Source of the DNA: the human T2T-CHM13v2.0 reference genome, Homo sapiens
DNA length: 64,000 nucleotides
Assembly (NCBI RefSeq): GCF_009914755.1
Contig: NC_060927.1
Strand: one strand, 5' to 3'
Part shown: piece by piece, positions 46,441-59,710 of the stretch
Numbering within the stretch: the stretch's first letter is position 1
How the letters are laid out: every line of letters begins with the position of its first letter
Made by a program: the position numbers and the translations under genes
Notes under the pieces: model-generated
What the model was told of the DNA's origin: nothing
The model's input: the letters and a program-made list of their open reading frames with translations, nothing else
Database searches by the model: none

Positions 46441-47073
46441 TTTTTATTTATTTTATTCAATAGGTTTTTGGATAACAGGTGGTGTTTGGTTACATAACTA
46501 AGTTCTTTAGTGGTGATTTCTGAGATTTTGGTGCACCCATTACCTGAGCAGTGTACACGGTACCCAATGTGTAGTCTTTTACTCATCAGCCCCTTCCTAC
46601 CCTTTCCCCTGAGTCCCCAAAGTCCATTGTATCATTCCTATGCTTTTGCATCCTCACAACTTAGCTCCCACTTATGAATGAGAACATATGATGTTTAGTT
46701 TTCCATTCCTGAGTTACTTTACTTAGAATAAGGGTCTCCATTTCCATCAAGGTTGCTGCAAATGCCATTATTTCTTTCCTTTTTATGGCTGAGTAGTATT
46801 CCATGGTATACCGCAATTTCTTTATTCACTCGCTGATTGATGGGCATTGGACGGGTTCCACATTTTTGCAATTGTGAATTGTGCTGCTATAAACATGCGT
46901 ATGGAAGTATGTTTTTTGTATAATGACTTCTTTTCCTCTGGGTAGATACCCAGTAGTGGGATTGCTGGATCAAATGGTGGTTCTACTTTTAGTTCTTTAA
47001 GGAATCTCCACATTGTTTTCCACAGTGGTTGTACTAGTTTACATTCCCACCAGCTTTTGATTATGGTCATTCT
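46441..47073 (-). mobile_element. L1PB 3' end, 5'-truncated
   Basis: ORF2 C-terminal [20 protein letters not shown]; TSD ttatcaactgccttta. Confidence 0.93.
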
Positions 47074-47794
47074 TTATCAACTGCCTTTAAAAACAATTTC
47101 AGATGGAATGTCTATCCACAGTTTGTATCTATTCACTCCACTCTCTCACTTCTTGTTGCTAGGATACCACTTACTGAAATATTAAAAATTTATTTTTAAT
47201 CAAGTTTTTATTCTACATGGCCTTAGGAAAAGAAAAAAAGCAAGGTCCATGCACACATAAAACAGTTTCCAGAATGACTTTGAATCTTTGGTAGTAATTC
47301 TAAAGTCTTCTTTTTTTAGTTTAGGAATTGAAAAAGCTGACTTTATAATTAAAATTGCAAGTTTTCACTTTGTGTATTAATTTGTCTAAGTGAAAGGGGA
47401 GGTCATATCACAGAAACCTTTCCTTCCTTCTAAAATGGCTGATTCATTTTGTCTGTCAAAGACAAAGTCTCCAGGGTACAGAAAAGGTCTTCCTTCAGAG
47501 ACGATTCATCTTCATAGCCCTTATTTCTTAGGGCTCTCAAGTTTAAAACTAGAAACTGGAACAGTCTACTTTCCTGACTTCTAAAAGTTACAGAGATTAG
47601 AGTGTAAAAAAAAGTTGTTATTATTCTACTTATTTTTATTCCAATTAATTTAATTCAGTAATGTGTATTAAACACCCTCTATGCACAATTCACTGTACTA
47701 ATCAATGCTGAGAGTGTTAAGATGAATGTGTGACAGTCACTGTCTTCAAGATGGTCATAACCTAGTGAGGAAAATGGACAATACCCAGTACCAG

Positions 47795-47836
47795 TCTCCA
47801 AGGGAGCAGTTCTCCAAGGGAGCAGTTCTCCAAGGG
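47795..47836. repeat. 16-bp tandem repeat (~2.6 copies)
   Basis: tctccaagggagcagt repeated. Confidence 0.85.
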
Positions 47837-48599
47837 AACTAAGTTACCCCAGGCCCAGGGGATAGAGTTCCAGCACTTACTCTGGGGTCTGCAGAAACAC
47901 AGGTCTAGAGCCTGCATTGGTTGGGTGTGAACAATATGCAGCATCCAGTAGGGTACCAGATTAGCACCGGAAATGGTTACCACACGAAGGAAGACAATGT
48001 GTGAGAGAATTCATAGGTCGGGGCTCAGTTGGGCATTCCTAGGTGGTGCCTATGGTCTCTGCCCTGGACACTGAAGAGGGCTCATAAGGGTGGACATTAA
48101 CCCAAACCTGACCTGAGGTAGGCTGATCAGTACCATGGGGCAGGTTTATTTTCTGGGGGAGAGGGTGGAGTTTGAAAATGCTTTGTAAGCAGTATGGCAG
48201 TTGAGCTGGGTTCTAAGGACTGGTGAGACTTCATTAATCTGAGGTTACTAGAGGTCACATACAAAGTACAAAGAAGAGGTAACAAAATATGAAGGTGGGA
48301 GGATGCTGCTGTATTAAAGAAATGCTGGTGCTGGTTGACGAGGAGTGTAAAAGGCACACGACTGTGGGGTGAGGAGACAGTGGAGAGGGAGCTAAAGCTG
48401 GCATCTTGGGCCAGATTAAGAAGGGCTTTGGAATGCCATGCAACATAATTTGGACTTTATTCTGTATGTGCAATGAGGGTCTATCCAGGGTTGTTGAATA
48501 ATGCAATGTTATGAAATATTGCCTTTTATTAATAAGCTGACTTATCAACTTGGCTTAGCAATATTTTTAAGGGATTTGTTTCTAAACTTGTCCTAGTTA

Positions 48600-48944
48600 T
48601 TCTCCATTTTCCCCCTCAGATCCATTCTTCACCTTCTGTCTCCTACTCTGTGCCATAGGAGGCTTACTTCACCCAGGATCCCTTGGCCTCTGCCTTCCAG
48701 TAGAGTGGCTATTGGGAGGCACCAGCAGGATATTGGAGGTCCAGAAGAGACAGAGAGGGATGTGTTTGGTCAGTGGCTGTGTTTCTCCATAGAGCTTCAG
48801 TTCTTGTAAACTGTCCCCCACTTTCTGCAGCTCCAGCTCTCACAGAGGTCTAGTAACTGCTTCCTTCTCCTGCCCCTAACTGGCATTCCTCTCTTGCTAA
48901 TCACTGGAGGCCTTACCATCCTTTATTATTTCCGTTAATCCTGC
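48600..48944 (+). mobile_element. LTR33-like ERVL LTR
   Basis: ctcagatccattcttc...ccttggcctctgccttccag...gggaggcaccagcaggatattggagg. Confidence 0.65.
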
Positions 48945-49360
48945 TGTTTACGGGGGTGGTGTCCCAAAGATCACCCCCAGCTTAGATGATTCACTAAGAG
49001 GACTCACATGACTTAACATATTGTTGTACTCATGGCTAAAATTGATTGCAGTGAAAAGATACACAGTAAATCAGCAAAGATAAAAGACACATCGGGTGAT
49101 GTTGGGGGAAGCCAGGCACACGCTCCAAGAATCTTCTCCCAGTGGAATTGCACAGCACATGCTAAATTCTTCCAGCAATGAGTTGTGACAACATGCATAA
49201 AATGTTGTCTTCCAGAAAAGTTCATTGAGACTTAGCACGCAGGGTTTTCACATACCAAAATTCCAGACTCCCAGAAGGGAAGCAGATTTTCAGTGTAAAC
49301 CACATTGTTTGCATAAATAGTTTAGGCACTGTGAGCTATTCCTATCAGGAAATACTGGGG
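48945..49360 (-). mobile_element. MER21-like LTR fragment
   Basis: cccaaagatcacccccagcttagatgattcactaagaggactcaca...ccaaaattccagactcccagaagg. Confidence 0.8.
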
Positions 49361-49361
49361 A

Positions 49362-49659
49362 GGCCCAGCGTGGTGGCTCACACCTATAATCCCAGCACTT
49401 TGGGAGGTGGAGGTGGGTGGATCATGAGGTCAGGAGTTCAAGACCAGCCTGGCCAAGACAGTGAAACCTCGTCTCTACTAAAAATACAAAAATTTGCCGG
49501 GCGTGATGACAGGCGCCTGTTATCCCAGCTACTCGGGAGGCTGAGGTAATGAACTGCTTGAATCCGGGAGGTGGAAGTTGCAGTGAGCTGAGATCGCGCC
49601 ACTGCACTCCATCCTGGGCGACAGAGCGAGACTCCGTCTCAAAAAAAAAAAAAAAAAAA
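49362..49659 (+). mobile_element. AluSg-like
   Basis: Full Alu with A tail. Confidence 0.97.
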
Positions 49660-50300
49660 GGTGGGACTGCTCACCCATCAGTTTGCTAGTCTGAGTGCAA
49701 CTTAAAGAAAAAGGCAGATCACAAGACTCAGGGAAATAATCACTGCCCTCACTCTGTATGACCTATCTGTAGTTTAAATTCTGTTCCCTGAAGGACAACT
49801 GTTTTCTACATTATATGGACAAATGCCCTCACATTGATACTGAGGGACCTGTCATTTTTTGAAGGTTTGCAAGTTTTGCAGGGTCTTCTTGGGAGTCAGC
49901 TATGCCTCTGCCCTTTAAATCTCTGCCTCCCATCCCAATTTGCGAAAACTAAAGTCTTTTGTTCACAAACGAACTACATGTTCCTTATTTTTGATAAAAC
50001 AGCTGCATGCCAAACATGATTCCTTTCATCTCCTATACATTACAGTAGAGATTTAAAGTCTACTCACTGATGTGTTTTAATGGTGCTAAGAAAAATTTCT
50101 CAGATGAATAACCCAAAGCTTGCTAACATTTCTGTTAGAGAATGGGAATGGGGAACAATTTTCTTCCTTCCTTTAAAATCTTGCCCAGTGACCAGAAAAG
50201 TCCATTTCAATTCAAATTCAATCTCAGATGACTTTTTTTCTTTACATTTAGCTAAAGCTAAATGTAAATTAGTTCAACCTTTGATCATCTTGAAGGTAGG

Positions 50301-50337
<37 letters not shown>
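50301..50337. repeat. (TAAA)n microsatellite
   Basis: Seen directly. Confidence 0.95.
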
Positions 50338-50341
<4 letters not shown>

Positions 50342-50926
50342 TTTAAATTTTCCTTTTCTGCTTTAAAGGCTTAATGCACAGAATATTTTCCCTACTTCTT
50401 TTAAAAGTAACTAAAATGGCCTCTTTATCAAAAATCTAACTAGCTTCCCCAAAAGTCATCATCTTTTTCTTTCTACTTTGTTTTTTTTAACCACATGTTG
50501 TTATGACAATCACCCACTCTATTTTAAACAAGCTTTGCAGTGCAAATGTGATGATTTACTGAGGAACAAGAAAGCTGTTTGGTCCTTTGAGCTGAAAAGG
50601 GGTGCCATGTTTATGGTCTGTAGATCAAAGCCAGAGCACTAGATTAGGAGTCAGGAGACAGTTCAGACATCTATCAGCCATGTGACCCTCTGGGTTCCAG
50701 CCTCCTCCTCAGCATGAGAGGGAGCCAGGCTTGTCTAAGGTCACCTTCAGCCCAGAAGATCTATAATTCCATATGCTAAGCCCTTCATCCTGGAGGAAAT
50801 CTACAGAAAGTTCCATGAAGGCTCAGTCTGCAGTGTTTCTATCATAGAAGCAGCAGTTTTCCTCCCTCTTGCTCTGCAAGCGAGAAGTAAAAGCAGAGTG
50901 AGATGCATGTAGAAGAAGATCATTTC

Positions 50927-52165
50927 ACTACATGTAGGAGAATGAAACTGGATTATCGTCTCTCACCTTATGCAAAAATCAACTCAAGATGGATTAAGGA
51001 CTTAAACCTAAGACCTGAAACTATTAAAAATTCTAGAAGATAACATTGGAAAAAACCCTTCTAGACATTGGCTTAGGCAAGGATTTCATGACCAAGAACC
51101 TAAAAGCAAATGCAATAAAAACAAAGGTAAATAGCTGGGACCTAATTAAACTGAAGAGCTTTTACACGGCAAAAGGAACAGTCAGCAGAGTAAACAGACA
51201 ACCCACAGAGTAGGAGAAAATCTTTACAATCTATACATTTGACAGAGGACTAATATCCAGAATTTACAACAAATCAGTGAGAAACTCAAATAAATCAGTA
51301 AGGAAAAAAAATCTCATCAAAAAGTGGGCTGAGGACATGAATAGACAATTCTCAAAAGAAGATATACAAATGGCCAACAAACATATGAAAAAATGTTCAA
51401 CATCACTAATGATCAGGGAAATGCAAATCAAAACCACAATGCGATACTACCTTACTCCTGCAAAAACGATCATAATCAAAAAATAAAAAAGCAGTAGATG
51501 TTGGCGTGGATGCAGTGAACAGGGAACACTTCTACACTGCTGGTGAGAATGTAAACTAGTAGAGCTGCTATGGAAAACAGTGTGGAGATTCCTTAAAGAA
51601 CTAAAAGTAGAACTACCATTTGATCCAGCAATCCCACTATTGTGTATCTACCCAGAGGAACAGAAGTCATTATTTGAAAAAGATACTTGCACATGCATGT
51701 TTATAGCAGCACAATTCACAATTGCAAAAATATGGAAGCAGCCCAAATGCCCATTAATCAACAAGTGGATAAAGAAACTGTAATATATATATATGATGGA
51801 ATATTATGCAGCCATTAAAAAGGAATGAATTAACAGCATTTGCAGTAACCAGGATGAGATTGGAGACTATTATTTTAAGTGGAGTAACTTAGGAATGGAA
51901 AATCAAACATCGTAAGTTCTCACTGATATGTGGGAGCTAAGCTATGAGGATGTAAAAGCATAAGAATGATGCAATGAACTTTGGGGACTTAGGGGGAAGA
52001 GTGGGAGGGGGTGAGGGAAGGAAGACTACAAATATGGTGAAGTGTATACTGCTCAGGTGATGGGCCCACCAAAATCTCACAAATCACCGCTAAAGAACTT
52101 ACTCATGTAACCAAATACCACCTCTACCCCAATAAGTTATAGAAAAACGAAATAAAAATAAAAAG
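50927..52165 (+). mobile_element. L1PB1-like ORF2 end and 3' UTR
   Basis: [30 protein letters not shown]; [20 protein letters not shown]; L1PB-type 3' UTR. Confidence 0.95.
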
Positions 52166-52323
52166 AGTTTTGCAGTACTGTGAAATACTGGAGAAACATC
52201 AACAGTGTTTCCTACTATTACCTATGTAAATAATACCAGGGAAGTGTGCATTTCTGAAAGAGATAGCCCAATGACTTCAGAATAATGAATGGTAAAATGA
52301 TGAGATTTATTGCCAAGTATTTC

Positions 52324-52651
52324 TTTTTAATTTTCTTTCTTTTTTTCTTTCTTTTTTTTTTTTTTTTTTTTTTTTTTGAGACAGAGTCTTGCTCTGTCAT
52401 CCAGGCTGGAGTACAGTGGTGTGATCTCAGCTCAGCCTCCACCTCCCGGGTTCAAGCAATTCTCCTGCCTCAGCCTCCCGAGTAGCTGGGGTTACAGGCA
52501 CATGCCGCCATGCCCACTGCTTTTTGTATTTTTAGTAGAGACAAGGTTTCACCATGTTGGCCAGGATGGTCTTGATCTCTTCACCTTGTGATCCACCCAC
52601 CTGGGACTCCCAGAGTGCTGGGATTACAGGCGTGAGCCACCGCGCCTGGCC
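52324..52651 (-). mobile_element. AluSc-like
   Basis: Near-full Alu; 16-bp TSD tattgccaagtatttc. Confidence 0.97.
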
Positions 52652-54047
52652 TATTGCCAAGTATTTCAAAGTACCCTGAATAAGTCAAGATATCTTATAT
52701 AAGGTGAAGGTCAAGTGATGTCTCCTAGCTGAGTCAACTGCCCCTAGAACTGAAGAGTTTTCCCTCAAGCATTTAGATGAGAGTAAATCAACAGAAAACT
52801 TGAAATCTCTCTCTCCCAAGCAAAGGCTTAGGGTATTGATAAGACACTGGGGAAGGCAAGGACAGACCTCAAATGGCACTTATTCCCAATTATAGTCCTT
52901 TCTGGCACTGCAGGTGTTCCTGTGATTAATATGTATTTTTTACCAACGTCCTTCAAGGAACAACTCTGGGAGAGGCTCTGTGGAGGAAGCACATAGCATG
53001 AGCCTTCAGTCAAAATAGGTGCAACGTAAACAGTTCAATGCTGGAGAAAAACTTTGTTGACTTGCCAAGTATCACTGAGCTGAGGACAGTGTGCTCCACA
53101 TGGTGACATATAAGTAATAAACTCCCACAGCTGAGAGATTAGTCTTTGCTTCTTTCTTCCCTGATGAACAAAGATAGATTGTTATTTAAATTCCTGAGGA
53201 ATGAAAACCTTTGGCTATTCTGTGAGTTCCTCCTCTGGAGAAACTGAAGCCAATGGCCAGTGGCAAATTTGGCTCTGAGCCTGAATTTGGAACACCTCTG
53301 AGATGCACAAATACTGAACAAAATATGCAGAAACCATATTCCATGCTTACCTTGGCCCCAGACAGACATCACATAAACACCTGAGTCTTCGCTGAAACTC
53401 AGGGAAGAAGATAGAATAGAGAGGAGAGGAAACTCCACCAGAATGAAGAGCTATTTTCCTGGTAACATCAGGCTGTGGTGAGCTGCAGACCAGTAGCTTA
53501 ATCATTTCAAACCTCATTTACTCCATTTCAAAAATGGAGACACTAATTTGTGATACCAGTCTAACTCCACAGAGAAATTCTCCAAAGAATATTAAATAAG
53601 AGACATCTATAAAGTAGACCAATTATCCTATAGTCAAGATAAAAAAAAACTTTAGAAGTACAGTCAGTGTCCTCCAGTTAGCCATGAAAAATTCACTGGG
53701 GCTCCTGCAGTGTGACCTTGGACTCCAGCTGTATTCTTTCAAGAGGGTACCTTTGACTCCACAGTTGACTTTCCTGCCGTTCAGTGTCTTCTTCACTGTT
53801 TCTCATCTCTGTGCCCTGTTGCAAATAACTCATTCAAGCCATGGATCTCTTTTCTTGTATCCTTATAACTTCCCCTGGCAGATACCCTGCAACGTGTTGC
53901 CAAAGGCGTCTGCCTTTTTTTCATCAAGGTGTTTCTCCATTTTTCAGCGACTATTTCCTTGGCAATCACATGCACACACACATACACACAAACTCACACA
54001 AAAAATAACTGTCTCCAACCTCTACTATAGGTTTAAAAAAACCTTTT

Positions 54048-54385
<338 letters not shown>

Positions 54386-54477
54386 TTATCTTAGTGAGGT
54401 GGTGGTGGGATTTGTTATTGTGATGACATTCCCAAACTATAGATCCTAGGAAGAGAACAAAATTAAATCAGAGTGTC

Positions 54478-54841
54478 TGATATGGTTTGGCTATGGCCCC
54501 ACCCAGTTCTCATCTTGAGTTGTAATTCCCATAATCCCCACATGTTGTGGGAGCGACCCGGTGGGAGGCAATTGAATCACGGGGGTGATTTCCTCCATGC
54601 TGTTCTCATGATAGTGAGGGAGTTCTCATGAGATCTGATGGTTTTACAAATGTCTGGTATTTCCCCTGCTGGCACTCATTCTCTCTCTTGCTGCCCTGTG
54701 AAGAGGTGCCTTCCACCATGATTATAAGTTTCCCGAGGGCTCCCCAGCCATGCGGAACTGTGAATCAATTAAACCTCATGTCTTTATAAATTACCCAGTC
54801 TTGGGTATTTCTTCATAGCAGTGTGAGAACGAACTAATACA
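54478..54841 (+). mobile_element. THE1C/D solo LTR
   Basis: tgatatggtttggct...ctttataaattacccagtc...gaactaataca; TSD gtgtc. Confidence 0.93.
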
Positions 54842-54954
54842 GTGTCTCTGTAGCAAATTAACAAATTGAAAAAGTAAACAAAAACAAAAAAACCTATATT
54901 TAATCTAGTGGAGAAGAAAAGAAGCCATGTGCATAAATCACTAGCCCTTTTTCA

Positions 54955-55200
54955 AGTGCAGTGTCTTGGAGGATCCTAGAGACAGACTTCCTGGGTTCAA
55001 ACCCTGGTTCTGCTGTGTATCAGTCTTGTGGCCTTGGGCAAGTTATTTAACCTCTCTAGGCCTCAATTTCCATCTACAGATAATGTAAAGTACTAGTATT
55101 AATCCATAGGCTTATTTTAAGGGTTAAATAGAATAACATATTCAGGACACACATATATGCCTGGCACATAATAAACATTTGTACATATTAGTTATTATTA
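54955..55200. mobile_element. MIR
   Basis: cctgggttcaaaccctggttctgc...ttgggcaagttatttaacctctct...gcctggcacataataa. Confidence 0.85.
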
Positions 55201-56949
55201 AGGTGAATTGGGTTTGAGAGATTGGTTTGTTTAAACAAAGATAATTAAAAGCTACTTGAAGGTAGAATAAAAGAGCTGTATGTTTGTGAGGTATTATGGG
55301 CTTAACAAAGTGCCTGGCACCACGTAAAAAGAACAAAGATATTATAACTACCAAGACATAGCCAAAAACTCAGTTGGCTGGAAGAGAGTGCTAAAAAGCT
55401 CTGTCCCTTATGAGCACAGCTGCGGGACTGCAAGGGCGTACGGTTGAGAGTGCGCGATAGGTGAGCGAATTATGTCAACCATATAAAACCTACCTGCGCT
55501 AATGGTAGGACAACAATATTGTTCTAGTTTGCAAAGATCAGCATATTCTCCAGACAGAGAACACTGCTAAAAAGACAGTAGCATAATGCATCTCTCTGGA
55601 ATACACACATACAACCCTCTCCTCCACGTCCCAACCAAGGTAATCAAGTTCTTTCATTGTAAAGAGTGCAATGAAAATGCCAGAGGCATCATCAAATTGT
55701 GAATCATATAATGCCAAAAGGTACCCAGGGATGACCTCACCTAGCCCCATTTGTGGGAGGAGGAAATGGGGGTGGGTGGAGGTTGCTGACAGAACAGTTG
55801 TCCCGAGGCCACACAGCCAGTGATCGGCAGAGCTGGACTAAGAAGGCTTACTGATTCTAACTCTTCGCTGTGCTACACTGTCTCCCATTCCCACACCCAT
55901 CTCCACCCACCTCAAAATCTTAAACCAGATGGCAAATCCAGCTTCTCCTGGACCCCTAGAAGATACTCCTTCTCTGAGCTGTCACATCCTCGGGGCCTTC
56001 TAACGCCTTGTTCACTGCTGCCACCTAGGGAATTTCAGTGAGTTTTCCTCCTTAGGCTGTTGCCTTAGGTGCTCAACAATGGCCATGCACCTCCGTCCTA
56101 TTCAAGGCCTATCTCCTTAATTAATCATCCAAGTCACTTCATGCTCAGCTCACCAATTAGCAGAGCTATTCACAGTGCAGGCATTCAGATGATACACATC
56201 TGACCTTGCTGATGAACACATCTTTTTGTTTGTTCTTTGAAATATTGTTAGGGAACTACTCAAATGCTTTGGGTTTAAAAATATTACTCCAATAATACTG
56301 AGTAGTTGCTGAGTTCTAGTTTAATATCTGATTCTTTTCAAGGTGCTGGTGAGAAGGAGCTCATCTACTTCATCCCCAGCATTGCAAGCAGGAGAATATC
56401 AGACCTATTTACTCAGGTTCAATGTGTCCAGATCTATTAACTGAAGTTCAGTGTTAGTCATACTTCCACTTTCCCCTGACCACTCCCTCTTTCCTCATTT
56501 TATAGCCAGATGCTAGCGTTTAGCAATAAAGTAGCCATTCATTCCCTCAACCTTAATTACTTGATAGTATCCATTGAAACAGAAACACACATGAACTAAA
56601 TCCCTAGTGATGAAGTCCATTGCTTGACCATAAAAATGATAAAACAGACTCCTGACAAACAATAACAGTCCAGGTTGACTTCCTATGCAATTAAAACCAG
56701 ACTCCTGGAATTTCCAATTCAAGAACAGAATACATGGAAATAATCAGAGTTGATTATTTTTCTAAGCAGGGAAGGTTAGAAAGCTTCCTGTTTTAGAATG
56801 TAAGCACTCTTTTCCAGCTTCATCATTATACCATGCCACATAAAGATATGACTATACCCCTTTTCACTATTCTTTCAGTTTTTAAAGGTCTGATTAGTAG
56901 TACTATAGCCCTGAGTATTTCTCCATAGATTCAATTATCTCCCTATGCA

Positions 56950-57530
56950 CAGTATAGCATAGTGGTTTAAATACTCGGGCTTAGGGGCAATTAGACCTAG
57001 GTTCCAAACCAGGCTCTACTTGGGTGTGTAATCTTGCAAAAATTTCTTAACATTCCTAAGCTTCAGGTGCCTCATCTATGAAATGGCAGTAAAAATACTA
57101 ACTTCACGGTAAATTTTCTGTGAGAATTGAAGATATAAAAGTTTGGTGTTGAGCACATTGCTTGGCCTATAGTAAGTAATCAGTAAAAGTTAGCTGGTAT
57201 TGTAATTATCATCGTCATCATTCATATAACCATTGCCAATGTAAGATCCTCAATTACAAGGAGAAGCCAGAGAAAAGGGAAGGAGATTTCAAGTAGTTCT
57301 GGTAGACAGTGGCTTTGTAGCTAGGACTAAAAAATACATTCAATTTTAAGTCAGAATGCCTGAATTTAAATCCCAGATCTATATGAAGGTACTTAGCTTC
57401 TCTGGTCCTCGGTTTCCTTATCTGTAAAATGGAGGTGGTAATAGCAACTGGCAGATTGTTGTAAAAATTAAATGAGATAATGACACTGAACGTTTCAAGC
57501 CCAACACCTGCCCCAATGGCAGGCAAGCTT
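56950..57530. mobile_element. Two MIR copies
   Basis: cttcaggtgcctcatctatgaaatgg and ctcggtttccttatctgtaaaatgg cores. Confidence 0.8.
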
Positions 57531-58477
57531 TCTTGCTTTTGCCTAATGAATATTTTAGGGCCCTTGCCCATGGTCTAACTTCTGCTTCTGACTGTCACCT
57601 CCTGCAGATGAGATGAGGGTGGCAAATCTGGATGCAGGACGCTCTGGGAGAACCTGGCAATCACACTTTCAATCTTTTGATCCGATAATCCCAAATACAA
57701 AGAAGAAGGCCCTCAGCAGTTCTCTATTAGGTATAAAAGGGAAGAAAGCCAGTTACAATGGCTGGAAGACCTTAGAGGAAAGGAGGCCCCGGGAACATGG
57801 GGACTAACAGCAAATCCTGGTACTGGCCACAAGCCACAAATTTGTGTAGGGGTAGGGAAGAGGATAGGGGATGGCTGGAGCCTGAGACCTGGTGTTTCCT
57901 ATGATCAGTGCACCTAGCTTGATGACTCATGTTCTTCTAGCTTTTGGCAGCCTAGACTGGTATGTCACTGAAATTTAAAAGCTCCCTGAAATATAGGCAG
58001 CATTTTCTCTCCAGCTGTATTTTGAAAAGATGACACAATTTGGATGCAACCTTGTTTTCCAACCTGAAGCAATATTCAGACAGTGTGTTGATGTTTTTAA
58101 GTCAGTAGGTGTGTCTGTTTAGTATGTGTGTGCATGCGCGTAAAACGCTCTCCCTCGTGATGCAAAACATGCCCTTTTTCTAATGCCCACGAAAGAAAGT
58201 TATCTTAAAGTGAACAATTATTTGTTTGGGATGTCACACTCCAGAACTCTCCACCAGCTAGTCTATTGGGCCCGCTAGCTTCACAGAAGTCAAGGCCAGG
58301 TTAATGCATACTATATTATTAGCGAAATAACTAGGTCTTTAACACCTCTCCCTCCAAAAAACAAACACACAAAACAGCTTTAACTTTCATCCCTCTCCAA
58401 TACCACACTGAATGCCCCACCCTAAGCCATAGCCCTATAACCTCCTCCTCCCCTCTCCTCTTCTGAATGAGAAACCA

Positions 58478-58515
58478 TGAGTGCCCCCTAGTGGTTCAAT
58501 GGCCGTAATTGCACT
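58478..58515 (-). promoter_or_regulatory. CTCF binding motif (core plus upstream module)
   Basis: Minus strand reads agTGCAATtacggccattgaaCCACTAGGGGGCACtca; the core matches CCASYAGRKGGCRS exactly; non-repeat context. Confidence 0.8.
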
Positions 58516-59307
58516 CCCCAGCTTTTTGTTTGCCTAATTACTAAGTTTTACCAGCAGGGTTGCAGCCAAGTTCAAGTGTCAAGTTCAAGAACATTTTTGT
58601 ACTGCCATGTGGTGATTCTGTTGCAGCTAATAAAGAGCTTAAAAGTCTTTGGGTCTGTGAAGCATAATCTCAGCTTTTTCTGTTTGGCGGATCTTCTTAG
58701 GTTCTCCTTGGTTCTGCACAGCTGATAATGTGAGAGGGGTTGCTGCTCTCCTCTTGCCGCAACCCCCACCCCAGGCCTTCTCACTCCCAAAACCTACCAA
58801 AACGTACCAAGCTGCCTCTTTGAATCTGCTGGCGTGGTAAGGGGAATGGTGTGGCGCATGTGAAAGAGATTGTCCCAAATGGGCAGAACCTTGGGACCCC
58901 AGCAAAATCCTGTGTTTAAGTTCTGGCCCAATTGCCAAAGTTCATCCCCAGTTCTTGTTTCAGACTAGCTCAGAAATTCGTCTCATTGATCCCTTTAAGG
59001 GCTTTTGTATGCGACTCTGCCACATCAAGAAAATAGCTCTACTACCACCCACTCAGAATATTTGCAGAATTTGCTTTCTTGAGATACGATCATAGCAAAA
59101 GCCATGCAGGAATCCCCACTTACCACAGAGGTCCATTTCCAGACATCTCATTGTGACCCCACTCCTCTGATGGCTGCAGACTCAGTCCCCAGAGGAGGAG
59201 CTCCTTGAGGCAGGGGTTGAAACATTTTTATAAATTATTATCCCCAGCATGTGGCACAGGGCCCAACATGTAGTAGGTGATCACAAAATTTTCTGTCAGG
59301 GAAAGCG

Positions 59308-59710
59308 TTAAAGTACTGAACTACTCTCCCAGTCCCCAAGCCCATTCTGATGTTAAACTCCTAATTCCCAATGTGACTGTTTTTGGAGTTCAAGCCTTTA
59401 GGGAGGTAATTAAGATTAAGTGAGGTCCTAAGGGTTGGTCTATAATCTGAAGGACTGGGGTTCTTATAGGAAGGAGAAGAGACACCAGAAATTTCTTTCC
59501 TTGCGTGCTCACAGAAAAAGGGTTATGTGAGGACACAGGAATAAAGTGGCTGTCTACAAAGAACAGGAAGAGAGGCCTTACCAGAAACCAACCTGATCAC
59601 ACCATGATCTTGGACTTCCAACCTCCAGAACTGTGAGAAAACACATTTCTGTTGTTTAAGCCATCCAGTCTCTGGTATTTTGTTAATGGCAGCCCTAGCA
59701 AACTAATACA
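59308..59710 (+). mobile_element. MLT1A-like LTR
   Basis: cctttagggaggtaattaagattaagtgaggtc...ctccagaactgtgagaaa...ggcagccctagcaaactaataca. Confidence 0.88.
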
